From contig CAWGYD010000011.1 of NCBI GenBank assembly GCA_963826785.1, forward strand, positions 1-64,000: 64,000 bases of DNA, read 5' to 3'. Positions within the stretch are counted from its first letter, which is position 1, and every line of letters begins with the position of its first letter. A program made the position numbers and the translations under genes. The notes under the pieces were generated by a model that was given only the letters and a program-made list of their open reading frames with translations, made no database searches and was not told the DNA's origin. Below, piece after piece: positions 31,477 through 41,182 of this stretch. The DNA comes from an uncultured delta proteobacterium. Its GTDB lineage: Bacteria > Desulfobacterota > Desulfobacteria > Desulfobacterales > Desulfosalsimonadaceae.

Positions 31477-31504
31477 TTGACAATTGTGGATTTGGCATTA
31501 GAAT
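31477..31504 (+). promoter_or_regulatory. sigma70 promoter for the 31611 gene
   Basis: TTGACA-16 bp-TAGAAT with A-tracts upstream; additional TATAAT at 31510-31515. Confidence 0.5.
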
Positions 31505-31610
31505 ACTATTATAATACTAACTAAGTGTTACCCTTGAATTGTTTTATTCACCGATTTTATTTCATTTCCTTTAATATAAACATCAATCCTATCATTTTTG
31601 AGAGGACGCC

Positions 31611-32156
31611 ATGAAAGATGCGAAAAAAACAAATAGTGAACTGATTATCGACAGCCTGAGAAACGGTCGTTCACTGCGATCTCCCGAGATCACGTCGATG
31701 GTTTCAGAAGCGGCCGGCAAGGAAATCAAAATCCAGGATGTCGCCAGCATACTGGCGAAGCTGAGCAACGCCAACAAGTGCGATCTGGGGTATTTGATCC
31801 GTAAAAAGAAAACGGACCGCGGATACGAATACAGCCTGGTAAAGGAAGCCTATAACCTCTCCCCCGAAGAGACCTATGACCTTACCCGAAAAACCGGCAA
31901 GGATCGTTTCACGCTGGACGAGGCGCTGAAAAAGGCCCCTGGCCTGAAAAAATACGTCAAATCGGAGAAGAAAGCAGAGCCTCGGAAAAACAACCGCGGA
32001 ACCGTGCGGCAGCTTGCCGCCCCCTCTTCCGGGCAGGTGACCGCAGATACGGACCTGCGCGGATTGTTGGCCGGATTGATCAAGGAAGTCAGCGAGCAGG
32101 GTGGATTCAACGTAAACGTCAATCTCACCATCCAGTTCAAGGGACCGGGCAATTAA
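31611..32156 (+). CDS. hypothetical basic protein, probable winged-helix DNA-binding domain
   Basis: RBS GAGG; helix pattern LRSPEIT ... VASILAKL and wing IRKKKTDRGYEYSL; Lys/Arg-rich. Confidence 0.75.
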   Translation: MKDAKKTNSELIIDSLRNGRSLRSPEITSMVSEAAGKEIKIQDVASILAKLSNANKCDLGYLIRKKKTDRGYEYSLVKEAYNLSPEETYDLTRKTGKDRFTLDEALKKAPGLKKYVKSEKKAEPRKNNRGTVRQLAAPSSGQVTADTDLRGLLAGLIKEVSEQGGFNVNVNLTIQFKGPGN

Positions 32157-32223
32157 CCACCGGGGCTGACGCCTCGATTGTCACATGCATTGGAGTCCCT
32201 TCCGGTCAAATATGGGGTATGCC

Positions 32224-32565
32224 ATGATTGAAGCTTACGCCTTCGGTAGAATTCAGATCAGCGGCAAAGCATATACCCGGGATGTGAAAATCATCGGCCG
32301 GAGGGTAGTTCCGGAGTGGTGGCGTAAAAACGGCCATTCGGTCGAGGCGGATGATATCAAGGATATTTTGGATGCCGGAGTGGATGTGCTTGTTCTGGGT
32401 CAGGGTGATCCCGGACGGATGCAATCCACTCCGGATCTGAAACAGCTGCTTAAAGAAAAGCAGATAAAGACCATTGAATTGCCGACCCGCCGGGCAATTG
32501 CCGAATTCAACCGGCTGATCGGCCAAACAGAAAACGTTGCCGCAGGTTTTCATCTCACCTGTTGA
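32224..32565 (+). CDS. Mth938-like domain protein
   Basis: IEAYAFGRI, WWRKNGH, VLGQG, C-terminal FHLTC. Confidence 0.85.
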   Translation: MIEAYAFGRIQISGKAYTRDVKIIGRRVVPEWWRKNGHSVEADDIKDILDAGVDVLVLGQGDPGRMQSTPDLKQLLKEKQIKTIELPTRRAIAEFNRLIGQTENVAAGFHLTC

Positions 32566-32779
32566 TCCCCGATTGAAATATTTTTTTTATTTCGCCTTTT
32601 CCCATTCTCCGGACATCCCGTAATACCTTCTACCTTCTTCACTTTTTCAGACGGCATGCCCCCCAAAGCATTCGCCATTTCAAAAGCAATGTGATAATGA
32701 CCCTTTTTTCTCCGGTTAAAAAATCAGACTTTGCGGCACAACGGGTGCTGCCGCAGGTCGAAATCAGACGGCACACCAC

Positions 32780-34015
32780 ATGAAAACATTGAAAACACCG
32801 CTTGAGCTTCTGGCACCGGCCGGAAATTTCGAAAAACTTGAAATCGCCATTCATTATGGCGCAGACGCTCTATACCTGTCGGGGACAGATTTCAGCCTCA
32901 GAAACCAGGGCAAAAACTTCACCGTGGCACAGCTTCATGAGGCGGTCGCCCTGTGCCGTGAGAACCGCGTCAAAACATACGTGGCATGCAACATTTATCC
33001 CCGGACCCACGAGGAGTCTGACCTGATCCATTACCTGGACCAGATTGGGGACATCCGGCCCGACGGCATCATCTTGGCCGATCCCGGCCTGGTGATGACG
33101 GCCAGGCAGCGGATTCCATGGATTCCCATCCATTTGAGCACCCAGGCGAATACCACCAGTGCCATGGCCGCCCGCTTCTGGGAATCGATGGGAGTGAAGC
33201 GCATCAACGCCGCCCGGGAGCTCAGCCTTGCCGAAATAAAAGCCATATCCGTCAATGCGACCCTGGAAATCGAGGCGTTTGCCCACGGCGCCATGTGCAT
33301 CTCCTATTCTGGCCGATGCCTGCTCAGCAGCTTCATGGCCCGGCGGGACGGCAACCGGGGGATGTGCGCACATCCCTGCCGCTGGAAATACGCGCTGGTG
33401 GAGGAACTTCGTCCCGGTGAGTACATGCCGCTGATCGAAGATGACCGCGGAAGCTATATCCTCAACTCAAAGGACCTGTGCATGATCGGCCACATTCCAA
33501 AAATGGTGGAAGCCGGCATTTCGGCTTTGAAAATCGAGGGCCGCATGAAAGGGATACTGTATCTGGCCTCCGCCATCAAAGCCTATCGGGAAGCCATTGA
33601 TGCATACTTTCAATCGCCGGAGGCTTACACTGTGGCTAAGGACTGGGTTCGGGAACTCGCCGGCATCGGGCCGAGGGGATACAGCACCGGTTTTTACCTG
33701 AATGACCCGGATCAGGCCATACCGGAATACGAAAACGCGGCCCTCCGCACCCCGTTTCTGTTTGCCGGCAAGGTCCTTTCAACAGATGGCGCAGGCCGTT
33801 CGAAAATTCAGGTGAGAAATAAGCTCGTCAGAGGAGATGCCGTCGAAATAATGGTTCAAAAAGGCCCGGCCCTCCGAACCCGGATCAGGCGAATCATCAC
33901 CGCCGATGATCCGGATGCACAGAAGGCCAAGGCCGGTGAAAATGTTTTCATCGAGTGGGAACCGCCTGTGCCATGCGTTAAACACGATATCATCCGCAAA
34001 CCCGATTCTTTCTGA
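32780..34015 (+). CDS. peptidase U32 family protein (TrhP/YegQ-like RNA hydroxylation family)
   Basis: ELLAPAG, HLSTQAN, ARELSL, HGAMCISYSGRC, NRGMCAHPCR, LKIEGR. Confidence 0.93.
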   Translation: MKTLKTPLELLAPAGNFEKLEIAIHYGADALYLSGTDFSLRNQGKNFTVAQLHEAVALCRENRVKTYVACNIYPRTHEESDLIHYLDQIGDIRPDGIILADPGLVMTARQRIPWIPIHLSTQANTTSAMAARFWESMGVKRINAARELSLAEIKAISVNATLEIEAFAHGAMCISYSGRCLLSSFMARRDGNRGMCAHPCRWKYALVEELRPGEYMPLIEDDRGSYILNSKDLCMIGHIPKMVEAGISALKIEGRMKGILYLASAIKAYREAIDAYFQSPEAYTVAKDWVRELAGIGPRGYSTGFYLNDPDQAIPEYENAALRTPFLFAGKVLSTDGAGRSKIQVRNKLVRGDAVEIMVQKGPALRTRIRRIITADDPDAQKAKAGENVFIEWEPPVPCVKHDIIRKPDSF

Positions 34016-35292
34016 TGGCCGCCATGGAAACTTTCACTGCAGACGAACTTCACATCACCATAAGCAAGACCGGTGCGGACCGGTACGCCAAAATCAGCTA
34101 TCCCCTCCGATACGGCATCTATACGGAAATCCAGTTCAACGCCTTCACATTCGGGTTCAACCTGAACGGGGAGATCAAAACCATTTCCGGCCGCGGTCGG
34201 GGATGGCTGGATGCGGCCGAATGGCTCAAGAGAACCGCCGGTGACGACTGGATCTATTTCTACTCCGGCGGGTACACCGGCGCCTATGATTTCATGGGGG
34301 AATACTATATCCCCTGTCTGTCCTACTCCAGCAACGCCGTATTCGGCCGGGACCGGTTTGAATCGGAGGAAGTGGCGGCAGCCTTTAACACCTGGCAGCA
34401 GCTCCAAACCCGTATCGCTGCGCTCGATGAGAACCTGCTGCCGGAATCCGCCGCCCGGGTGATCCGGAAAATACGTCTGATGACCCCCTCTATGCTGAAA
34501 GAACGGGCGGATAGGCTGCACGGCATTATCGGCGGACCCGTTTCCGTCCTGCCGCCCGATGCCCGCCATGTGGAATACGATGTCATTCCCGTGATCATTG
34601 CCGATGGCTGCCTCTACCACTGCGGGTTTTGCAGCGTTAAATCAGAGCGCGGCTTCACACCGCGGACACGAAAAAACATCGACGACCAGATCCGGAATTT
34701 AAAATCGCTCTATGATGCGGAACTGAAGAACTGCAGCAGCGTTTTTCTGGGCCAGCATGATGCGCTGCAGGCCGGTGCCGATCTCATCGAATATGCAGCC
34801 AAACGGGCATATACGGAATTTAATTTCAAACGCGCCTTCATGAAAGAGCCCCGGCTGTTTTTGTTCGGGAGCGCAGATTCGCTCTTAAATGCCCCGGAGT
34901 CTCTGTTTGAACGCGTCAACCGCCTTCCCTTCACGACCCACATCAACATCGGGCTGGAATCCGCGGATCAGCAGACGCTGCGGCTGCTTCAAAAACCGCT
35001 GAGCACCGAGAAAGTCAGCCAAGCCTTTCACCGCATGATCCGGATCAACCAGGCATTCAGCCAGATCGAGGTTTCCGCCAACTTTGTCTACGGCGCAAAT
35101 CTGCCGGAACCCCACCTCCCCTCCATCCTGGACCTGACCCGCAATCAGCTCTCCCGGCCCCATGCCAAAGGCGCTGTTTACTTTTCGCCATTGGCGGATA
35201 TCGGGTCCAAGCGAGCGTTGCTAAACCGTTTCATGGAATTTAAGAAACTCTGCCGCCTGCCGGCATTTCTCTATCTGATCCAGCGGCTGTAA
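34015..35292 (+). CDS. radical SAM protein of unknown function with N-terminal extension
   Basis: GCLYHCGFC CxxxCxxC motif, NIGLESAD; start overlaps the U32 stop (TGATG). Confidence 0.85.
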   Translation: MAAMETFTADELHITISKTGADRYAKISYPLRYGIYTEIQFNAFTFGFNLNGEIKTISGRGRGWLDAAEWLKRTAGDDWIYFYSGGYTGAYDFMGEYYIPCLSYSSNAVFGRDRFESEEVAAAFNTWQQLQTRIAALDENLLPESAARVIRKIRLMTPSMLKERADRLHGIIGGPVSVLPPDARHVEYDVIPVIIADGCLYHCGFCSVKSERGFTPRTRKNIDDQIRNLKSLYDAELKNCSSVFLGQHDALQAGADLIEYAAKRAYTEFNFKRAFMKEPRLFLFGSADSLLNAPESLFERVNRLPFTTHINIGLESADQQTLRLLQKPLSTEKVSQAFHRMIRINQAFSQIEVSANFVYGANLPEPHLPSILDLTRNQLSRPHAKGAVYFSPLADIGSKRALLNRFMEFKKLCRLPAFLYLIQRL

Positions 35293-35294
35293 AG

Positions 35295-35555
35295 TTATTT
35301 CGGGAGCAGTTTGGCGGCAGCCACAAATTTCTCGTTCATTTCGAGATTCATCTTCCCCGCTTCTTCAAGCAGGTCCGCCACCTGATCCATTTTCTGTTCC
35401 CGGGCTTTTTCCGCCCAATCCGCGTAGGTTCCGGCATGATCCTCGTTGTGGCGGATCCAGTGAGCGATGATTTTCTTCAGTTTTTCTTCAAACGGCATCT
35501 GAGTCGTTGATTCATGATGATGGTCATGGTGGTCGTGATCGTCGTGATGATTCAT
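35295..35555 (-). CDS. small His-rich putative metal-binding protein
   Basis: N-terminal HHDDHDHHDHHHE, helical HWIRHNEDH motif; GGGGG RBS. Confidence 0.8.
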   Translation of the reverse strand: MNHHDDHDHHDHHHESTTQMPFEEKLKKIIAHWIRHNEDHAGTYADWAEKAREQKMDQVADLLEEAGKMNLEMNEKFVAAAKLLPK

Positions 35556-35824
35556 AAATTATACCCCCTTTCCAGAAATTCGTTTCTTCTTAGATGTTAA
35601 CCTGAATGAACCTTATTATATTCGGCATGCGCAAATTCACCAGAAAGATTTTCAGTGCGGCATGGATTTTCACCGTATTCAAAATTATACATCATTTACA
35701 AATGCGTTCCAAATGTCTAAATTTATCCTTGATACGGAAATGATTTGCAATATTTTGGCATTGATACCGGCATGCCGTCACTATGATTTTGGATGAAACG
35801 TAAGTTTAAAAGGAGGTCAGCGAT

Positions 35825-37462
35825 ATGGCGCAAACAGAAGATTACACGGAACAGGAAGCGCTTGAACAGGCGGAGCAGCAGATTAAAAAAATTTTTGAAC
35901 AGATCCCCCGGCCCATTCCCGTCACCCTGTTTTTCAAGAAAGGGGATAACGATGTATTCACCGATGCAGCCCGGCAGGGGCTTTCCTTTTTCAGCAGGAT
36001 GACGGATAAAATCGTATTCGAGGAATACAACCTGTCCCACAAACTGGCCAAAAAACACCATGTCAGCCAATCCCCCACCATTTTAATCGATCCTGAAAAC
36101 TACAAAATCCGGTGGCTGGGCGCCCCCATCGGTGAAGAGGGGCGCATTTTCGTGGAGGCCTTGCTCCTGGCCGGGTTTCAAAAAAGTCAGATCGGCGATC
36201 AGTCCAAGAAAGTGCTCGATTCCATCGAGGAGGATCGCCATATCAAGCTTTTTGTCAGCCATACCTGCCCCTACTGTCCCCAGCAGGCATTGAATGCGTT
36301 GAAAGCCGCTGTGGAGCGGCCGGATCTGGTCACGCTCGAGATCATCGACATTCAGGCCAATCCGGACCTGGCCCGACAGTACAATGCCCAGGCAGTCCCC
36401 CAGACCTATGCCAATGACGTGCTCATCGCCCAGGGTGCCCAGCCGGAGGAACTCTTTATGCTTTCCCTGCAGAAGATGGAGCAGCAGACCGTGTTTATTC
36501 CGGACAGCGATGCCGAGGAAGTGGAAACCGACCTGGTCATCGTAGGCGGGGGGCCCGCCGGTTTGACGGCCGGCATCTATGCGGCCCGAAGCGGACTGAA
36601 AAGCGTAGTGCTGGAGCGAAATGTCCTGGGCGGCCAGGTGGCCACCACGCCTGTGGTGGAAAACTATCCGGGCCTGACCTCCATCGGCGGCAAGCGGCTG
36701 GTGGAGATCATGGTTTCCCATGCCCTGGAATACATCCAGATCTTTCAGGGGGAGGAAGTCATGGAGATTCAGGAGGGAATGCCCATGACCGTGGTGACCA
36801 ACAAGCGCCGATTCATCACCAAGGCCCTGCTGCTGGCCACGGGCGCCACCCACAAGCATTTGGGCGTGCCCGGGGAAGAACGGCTGTCCGGGCGGGGGGT
36901 CAGCTACTGCAGCACCTGTGACGGCCCGCTGTTTGCCGGCCACCGGGTGATCATGGTGGGCGGGGGCGACAGCGCGGCCACCGAAGCCCTGCACCTGAAA
37001 AACATCGGCGTGGATGTCACCCTGGTGCACTGGACGGAAAAGCTCGACGCACAGGATTTTCTCGCCCGCCAGCTGACGGACAACGGCATCCCCGTGATGT
37101 ACAACACCCAGATCAAGGAAATTGTCGGCGACCGGGCCGTAGAAGCGGTTCTCCTTTACGACAGCAAGACCGGGACCACCAAGCGGCTTGCCGTGGACGG
37201 GGTATTTATCGCCATCGGCTATCAGCCCACCACCGATCTGGCGGAAAAAATCGGCGTCAAGCTGACCCCGCAGGGCTATATCGAAGAGGACAAGTACCGG
37301 ACCAATATACCGGGCGTTTATGCGGCAGGTGACGTGTCCGGCGGATTCAACCAGATCGTGACCGCCTCCGGCCACGGGGCTGAGGCGGCCCTGACCATAT
37401 TCGAAGACCAGATCCACCCCTACTGGAAACAGGAGAGAATCAAGGAGGTCAAAACAGCATAA
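35825..37462 (+). CDS. thioredoxin-fold (glutaredoxin/PDO-like) + thioredoxin reductase fusion (AhpF-like architecture)
   Basis: CPYC in the second Trx module; GGGPAG, GATHKHLG, GVSYCSTCDG, GGGDSA, YAAGD; RBS AGGAGG. Confidence 0.92.
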   Translation: MAQTEDYTEQEALEQAEQQIKKIFEQIPRPIPVTLFFKKGDNDVFTDAARQGLSFFSRMTDKIVFEEYNLSHKLAKKHHVSQSPTILIDPENYKIRWLGAPIGEEGRIFVEALLLAGFQKSQIGDQSKKVLDSIEEDRHIKLFVSHTCPYCPQQALNALKAAVERPDLVTLEIIDIQANPDLARQYNAQAVPQTYANDVLIAQGAQPEELFMLSLQKMEQQTVFIPDSDAEEVETDLVIVGGGPAGLTAGIYAARSGLKSVVLERNVLGGQVATTPVVENYPGLTSIGGKRLVEIMVSHALEYIQIFQGEEVMEIQEGMPMTVVTNKRRFITKALLLATGATHKHLGVPGEERLSGRGVSYCSTCDGPLFAGHRVIMVGGGDSAATEALHLKNIGVDVTLVHWTEKLDAQDFLARQLTDNGIPVMYNTQIKEIVGDRAVEAVLLYDSKTGTTKRLAVDGVFIAIGYQPTTDLAEKIGVKLTPQGYIEEDKYRTNIPGVYAAGDVSGGFNQIVTASGHGAEAALTIFEDQIHPYWKQERIKEVKTA

Positions 37463-37517
37463 AAGAAACGGCTGAATCGCTTCAATGGTTTGGCCGAAGT
37501 GACTGCCCCTTTTGTAC

Positions 37518-38420
37518 TCACCGTTTTCGGCGCAGGCGGGACCGGTAAATGATGGCGATCAAATTCATGCCCAGCACCAGGGTGATGAGCACCAGGGCGG
37601 TGCCGTACTGGAGGGGCCTCGTTTTTTCGATTTCCGTTCCCGCGGTGGCCAGGACATAGATGTGGTAAGGCAGCGCCATCACGGAATCAAAAACCGATGA
37701 AGGCAGGCGGGTGGTGAAAAATACGGCGGCCGTGAACATGATGGCGGCGGTTTCACCGGCCGCACGGCTTAAAGCCAGGATTCCACCGGTCAGCATGGAC
37801 GGGAGAGAGGCCGGCAGCACCACCCGGAATATGGTCTGCCACTTGGTGGCCCCCAATCCCAGGGACGCCTCCCGGTAGGTATTCGGAACCGCTTTCAGCG
37901 CTTCCTCAGCCGTCCCGATGATCACCGGAAGGGTGAGAAACCCCAATGTCAGGGCGCCTGCGGCAATGCTGACCCCCATTTTCATCCAGGTCACGAAAAA
38001 AGCCAGCCCGAAAAGCCCGAACACCACCGACGGGACCCCGGCCAGGTTGTTGATGCCAAACCGGATGGCCCGCAGCAGCGCCCCCTGCCGGGCGTATTCA
38101 TTGAGATAGACGGCAGAAGCAATCCCCAGGGGCAATGCGATCACCAGCGCGCCGATGCTCAGGTAGACGGTCCCCACGATGCAGGGGAAAATGCCGCCTC
38201 TGGTCATGGAGTCGGTGGGCGGCTGGGTCAGAAAAGTCCAGGTGATGGCCCGCCAGCCGTTTTTGACCAGAAAATACACAATGATAAACAGGGCCAGGGA
38301 GTTGATCAGCGCCGCCACCCGGAACAGGGAGAACATGGACCTCTGCAGAATCGTCCGGCGTTTTGACGTACGGTGCCCAATCCAGATGGGGACATCTTCA
38401 ACGTTTTCCATTTTCAACAT
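37518..38420 (-). CDS. pstA: phosphate ABC transporter permease PstA
   Basis: GGIFPCIVGT, LAGVPSVVFGLFG, EASLGLGATKW, RAAGETA. Confidence 0.95.
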   Translation of the reverse strand: MLKMENVEDVPIWIGHRTSKRRTILQRSMFSLFRVAALINSLALFIIVYFLVKNGWRAITWTFLTQPPTDSMTRGGIFPCIVGTVYLSIGALVIALPLGIASAVYLNEYARQGALLRAIRFGINNLAGVPSVVFGLFGLAFFVTWMKMGVSIAAGALTLGFLTLPVIIGTAEEALKAVPNTYREASLGLGATKWQTIFRVVLPASLPSMLTGGILALSRAAGETAAIMFTAAVFFTTRLPSSVFDSVMALPYHIYVLATAGTEIEKTRPLQYGTALVLITLVLGMNLIAIIYRSRLRRKR

Positions 38421-38438
38421 CGATCCCGTCTGCGCGGT

Positions 38439-39332
38439 TTACAAGGTGGCCGCACCCACCTGACGGTGCTTGTGAGATACATAATCGGCAATGAAATTAA
38501 ATATCAGCGTAAAGATGAACAGGACCATGCCGGTGGCAAACAGGGCATAATAGTGGTCGCTGTGGAACGGCGCTTCCGCCATCTCCGCTGCGATGCTGGC
38601 CGGCATGGGCCGCACCGGATCAAACAGTGAAGACGGGATCATGGCCGCGCCGCCCGCCACCATCAAGACCACCATGGTTTCCCCGATGGCCCGGGACATG
38701 CCCAGGATGACGGCGGTGCTCAATCCGGACAGGGATGCAGGGATCACCACCCGGACAATGCTTTCCCAGTGCGTGGCCCCCAGGGCCAGGGATGCTTCCT
38801 TCAATTCGGGGGCAACGCTGGAAATGGCGTCTTCGGATATGGTGCAGATGGTGGGCACGGACATGAAGGCCAGCATCAGGGATGCATTGAACAGATTCAG
38901 GCCGGTGGCGATCCCCAGGGCGTCTTGCAGAAAAGGAGCGACGATCACCATGCCGAAAAACCCGATGACCACCGATGGGAGCGAGGCCAGCAATTCCACC
39001 AGCGGCTTGGCGATCTCCTTGATCCGCGGGGAGGCGATTTCCGCCAGATAGAGGGCGGTCATCACCCCCAGGGGAATGGCCAGCGCGGCCGAACAGAGCG
39101 TGACCAGCAATGAGGCCACGATCAGGGGGAATATCCCGAAATCGGGCGGGTCCGCAGTGGGATACCAGTAGGTGCCAAAGAGGAAATCCTTAACGGAAAC
39201 CACCTTGAAAATGGGAATTCCCTCTCTGGCCAGAAACAAGAGGATCAAGGCCAGGATGGCGATGGAGACAAAGGCAAACGCAAAGAAGATTTTGCGGATG
39301 CCGATTTCTTTCATTTGTCGAATTGAGGCCAT
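38439..39332 (-). CDS. pstC: phosphate ABC transporter permease PstC
   Basis: FGIFPLI, ELLASLPSVVIGFFG, RAIGETMVV. Confidence 0.95.
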   Translation of the reverse strand: MASIRQMKEIGIRKIFFAFAFVSIAILALILLFLAREGIPIFKVVSVKDFLFGTYWYPTADPPDFGIFPLIVASLLVTLCSAALAIPLGVMTALYLAEIASPRIKEIAKPLVELLASLPSVVIGFFGMVIVAPFLQDALGIATGLNLFNASLMLAFMSVPTICTISEDAISSVAPELKEASLALGATHWESIVRVVIPASLSGLSTAVILGMSRAIGETMVVLMVAGGAAMIPSSLFDPVRPMPASIAAEMAEAPFHSDHYYALFATGMVLFIFTLIFNFIADYVSHKHRQVGAATL

Positions 39333-39358
39333 GGGCTACCGGTTCTTTTCAAATCAGG

Positions 39359-39386
39359 GCCGGCGAGGAAAGAACGCCTCTCCGGC
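39359..39386 (-). other. intercistronic hairpin between pstS and pstC (possible mRNA-stabilising stem)
   Basis: GCCGG-C-GAGG ... CCTC-T-CCGGC. Confidence 0.45.
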
Positions 39387-39418
39387 GTATTCATCTTCGT
39401 TTCTGTATGGATGACAAG

Positions 39419-40237
39419 TTAGTAGAGCGGGATGTAATCCGCCTCGGCCACAATCCGCTGCCCCTTTTGGGGGTTCATGATGAAGTTGATGAACTTGAGC
39501 GTCGTGCCGGTCGGCCATCCTTTGGTGAACATATACAGCACGCGGCTGATGGGATAAGCTGCCGGATTTTCGATGCTGGCCTTTTCCCCGTTGACGCTCA
39601 GCCCTTTTAGTTCCTTGTTGAGATAACTCAGGCCGACATAGCCGATGGCGTTTTGATTTTTGGAAACCGCCTGGGCCACCGCCCCGTTGGATGCCTGGAG
39701 CAGGGCACCCGGAAAAACGCGGGCTTTTTCCATGACGATTTCTTCCCAGACCTCATAGGTGCCTGAAGAGGTATCCCTGGAAATCACGACGATGGGTTTA
39801 TCCGGGCCGCCCACCTGTTTCCAGTTTTTCACCTTGCCCTCGTATATGTCTTTTAACTGGGCCAGCGTCAGGTTGGTGACGGGATTGGATGGGTGCACCA
39901 CCGGAACGATGCAGTCGTAGGCAATGCCGAAGGGCACCGGGTAGACGCCTTTTTCCACTGCCAGGGCGACCTCCTTCTGCTTGATGAACCGGGAGGAATC
40001 GGCAATATCGGTGGTGCCGTCGATGATGGCCTTGATGCCGTTTCCGGACCCGCCGCCGGATACGGAAACGTTTACGTCCGGGTGAATCTTCATGAATTCC
40101 TCGGCGGCTTTCTGGGCAATGGGCAGGACCGTGGTGGAACCCTTGATCACCAGATCCTTGGCCCAGGCATTTACGGAGACACAAAACAACAGGGTAAACA
40201 GAACCAAAAATTTCAGACCATTGGGTATGCTTTTCAT
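39419..40237 (-). CDS. pstS: phosphate ABC transporter substrate-binding protein
   Basis: Signal peptide, KGSTTVLP, GGGSGNG, SRDTSSGT, YPISR. Confidence 0.95.
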   Translation of the reverse strand: MKSIPNGLKFLVLFTLLFCVSVNAWAKDLVIKGSTTVLPIAQKAAEEFMKIHPDVNVSVSGGGSGNGIKAIIDGTTDIADSSRFIKQKEVALAVEKGVYPVPFGIAYDCIVPVVHPSNPVTNLTLAQLKDIYEGKVKNWKQVGGPDKPIVVISRDTSSGTYEVWEEIVMEKARVFPGALLQASNGAVAQAVSKNQNAIGYVGLSYLNKELKGLSVNGEKASIENPAAYPISRVLYMFTKGWPTGTTLKFINFIMNPQKGQRIVAEADYIPLY

Positions 40238-40354
40238 TTAACGTGCTCCTGATTTAAGGGTTTTCATCCACATTTTTCTGGTTTATATTAAAAATCCGTC
40301 GGTTCTGATCGGCTTGCAAGCTTTTCCCCGATGCTGAATTAATAATCCCCGATT

Positions 40355-40443
40355 ATGACAATCGCGTGACAAACAGACTAAAAACAAATGACGTTTCCGT
40401 CATGGAAATGTCACACAAGCTTCACAATTTTGTTTTATATAAT
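40355..40443. promoter_or_regulatory. divergent Pho boxes for pstS (-) and phoB (+)
   Basis: (-) strand GTCAY half-sites at 40355, 40366, 40388; (+) strand GTCAT/GTCAC/TTCAC at 40399, 40410, 40421 (11-bp period), then TATAAT at 40438. Confidence 0.8.
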
Positions 40444-40498
40444 GGTTATTGTTTATTTTGTATTTTTCAAGCGACCTTGATCATCCGGCAGGAAGAAA

Positions 40499-41182
40499 AT
40501 GGGCAAATCAGTTCTGATCATCGAAGATGAAATCGACATCGTGAATCTGATCGAATGGCACCTGCGCACCGAAGGGTATACGGCGCATAAAGCCATGGAC
40601 GGCATCACCGGCCTGGCCATGGCGAGGGAAAAACTGCCGGATTTGATCCTGCTGGACCTGATGCTTCCGGGCATGGATGGTCTTCAGGTCTGCAAGTCTT
40701 TAAAAAAGGATGCCCGTACCGAGAAGATCCCCGTGGTCATGCTCACCGCCAAAGGAGAGGAAGTCGACCGAATCGTCGGATTCGAACTGGGTGCGGATGA
40801 TTACCTGGTGAAACCGTTCAGCCCCAGGGAACTGCTGCTGCGGATCAAGGCCATTTTGAAGCGGCATCGGCCTGAAACCGTTGCCCAGCGAACCGCCGGT
40901 TACCATGGGCTTCAGCTGGATCTGGACAGCTACCGTGCCTGGAACGATGAAGATGAACTGTTTTTGACGCTGACGGAATTCAAGCTGCTGCTGGAACTCA
41001 TATCGAACCGGGGAAAGGTGAGAACCCGGGACCAGCTTTTAGACAAGGTCTGGGGATACCAGTTTGACGGTTATGCCCGCACCGTGGACACCCACATCCG
41101 GCGCCTGAGACAGAAAATCGGGGAGTACGCCGATGCCGTTGAGACCGTCCGGGGCATCGGATACCGGTTTAAGGAAGAATAA
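40499..41182 (+). CDS. phoB: phosphate regulon response regulator (OmpR family)
   Basis: ILLDLMLPGMDG, GADDY..KPF, RTVDTHIRRLR, TVRGIGY; pst context. Confidence 0.92.
   Translation: MGKSVLIIEDEIDIVNLIEWHLRTEGYTAHKAMDGITGLAMAREKLPDLILLDLMLPGMDGLQVCKSLKKDARTEKIPVVMLTAKGEEVDRIVGFELGADDYLVKPFSPRELLLRIKAILKRHRPETVAQRTAGYHGLQLDLDSYRAWNDEDELFLTLTEFKLLLELISNRGKVRTRDQLLDKVWGYQFDGYARTVDTHIRRLRQKIGEYADAVETVRGIGYRFKEE

Noticed and set aside
32555..32600. Selenocysteine readthrough at the Mth938 C-terminal TGT-TGA
   Set aside because: HxTC is a normal terminus for this family, and no SECIS-like hairpin follows.
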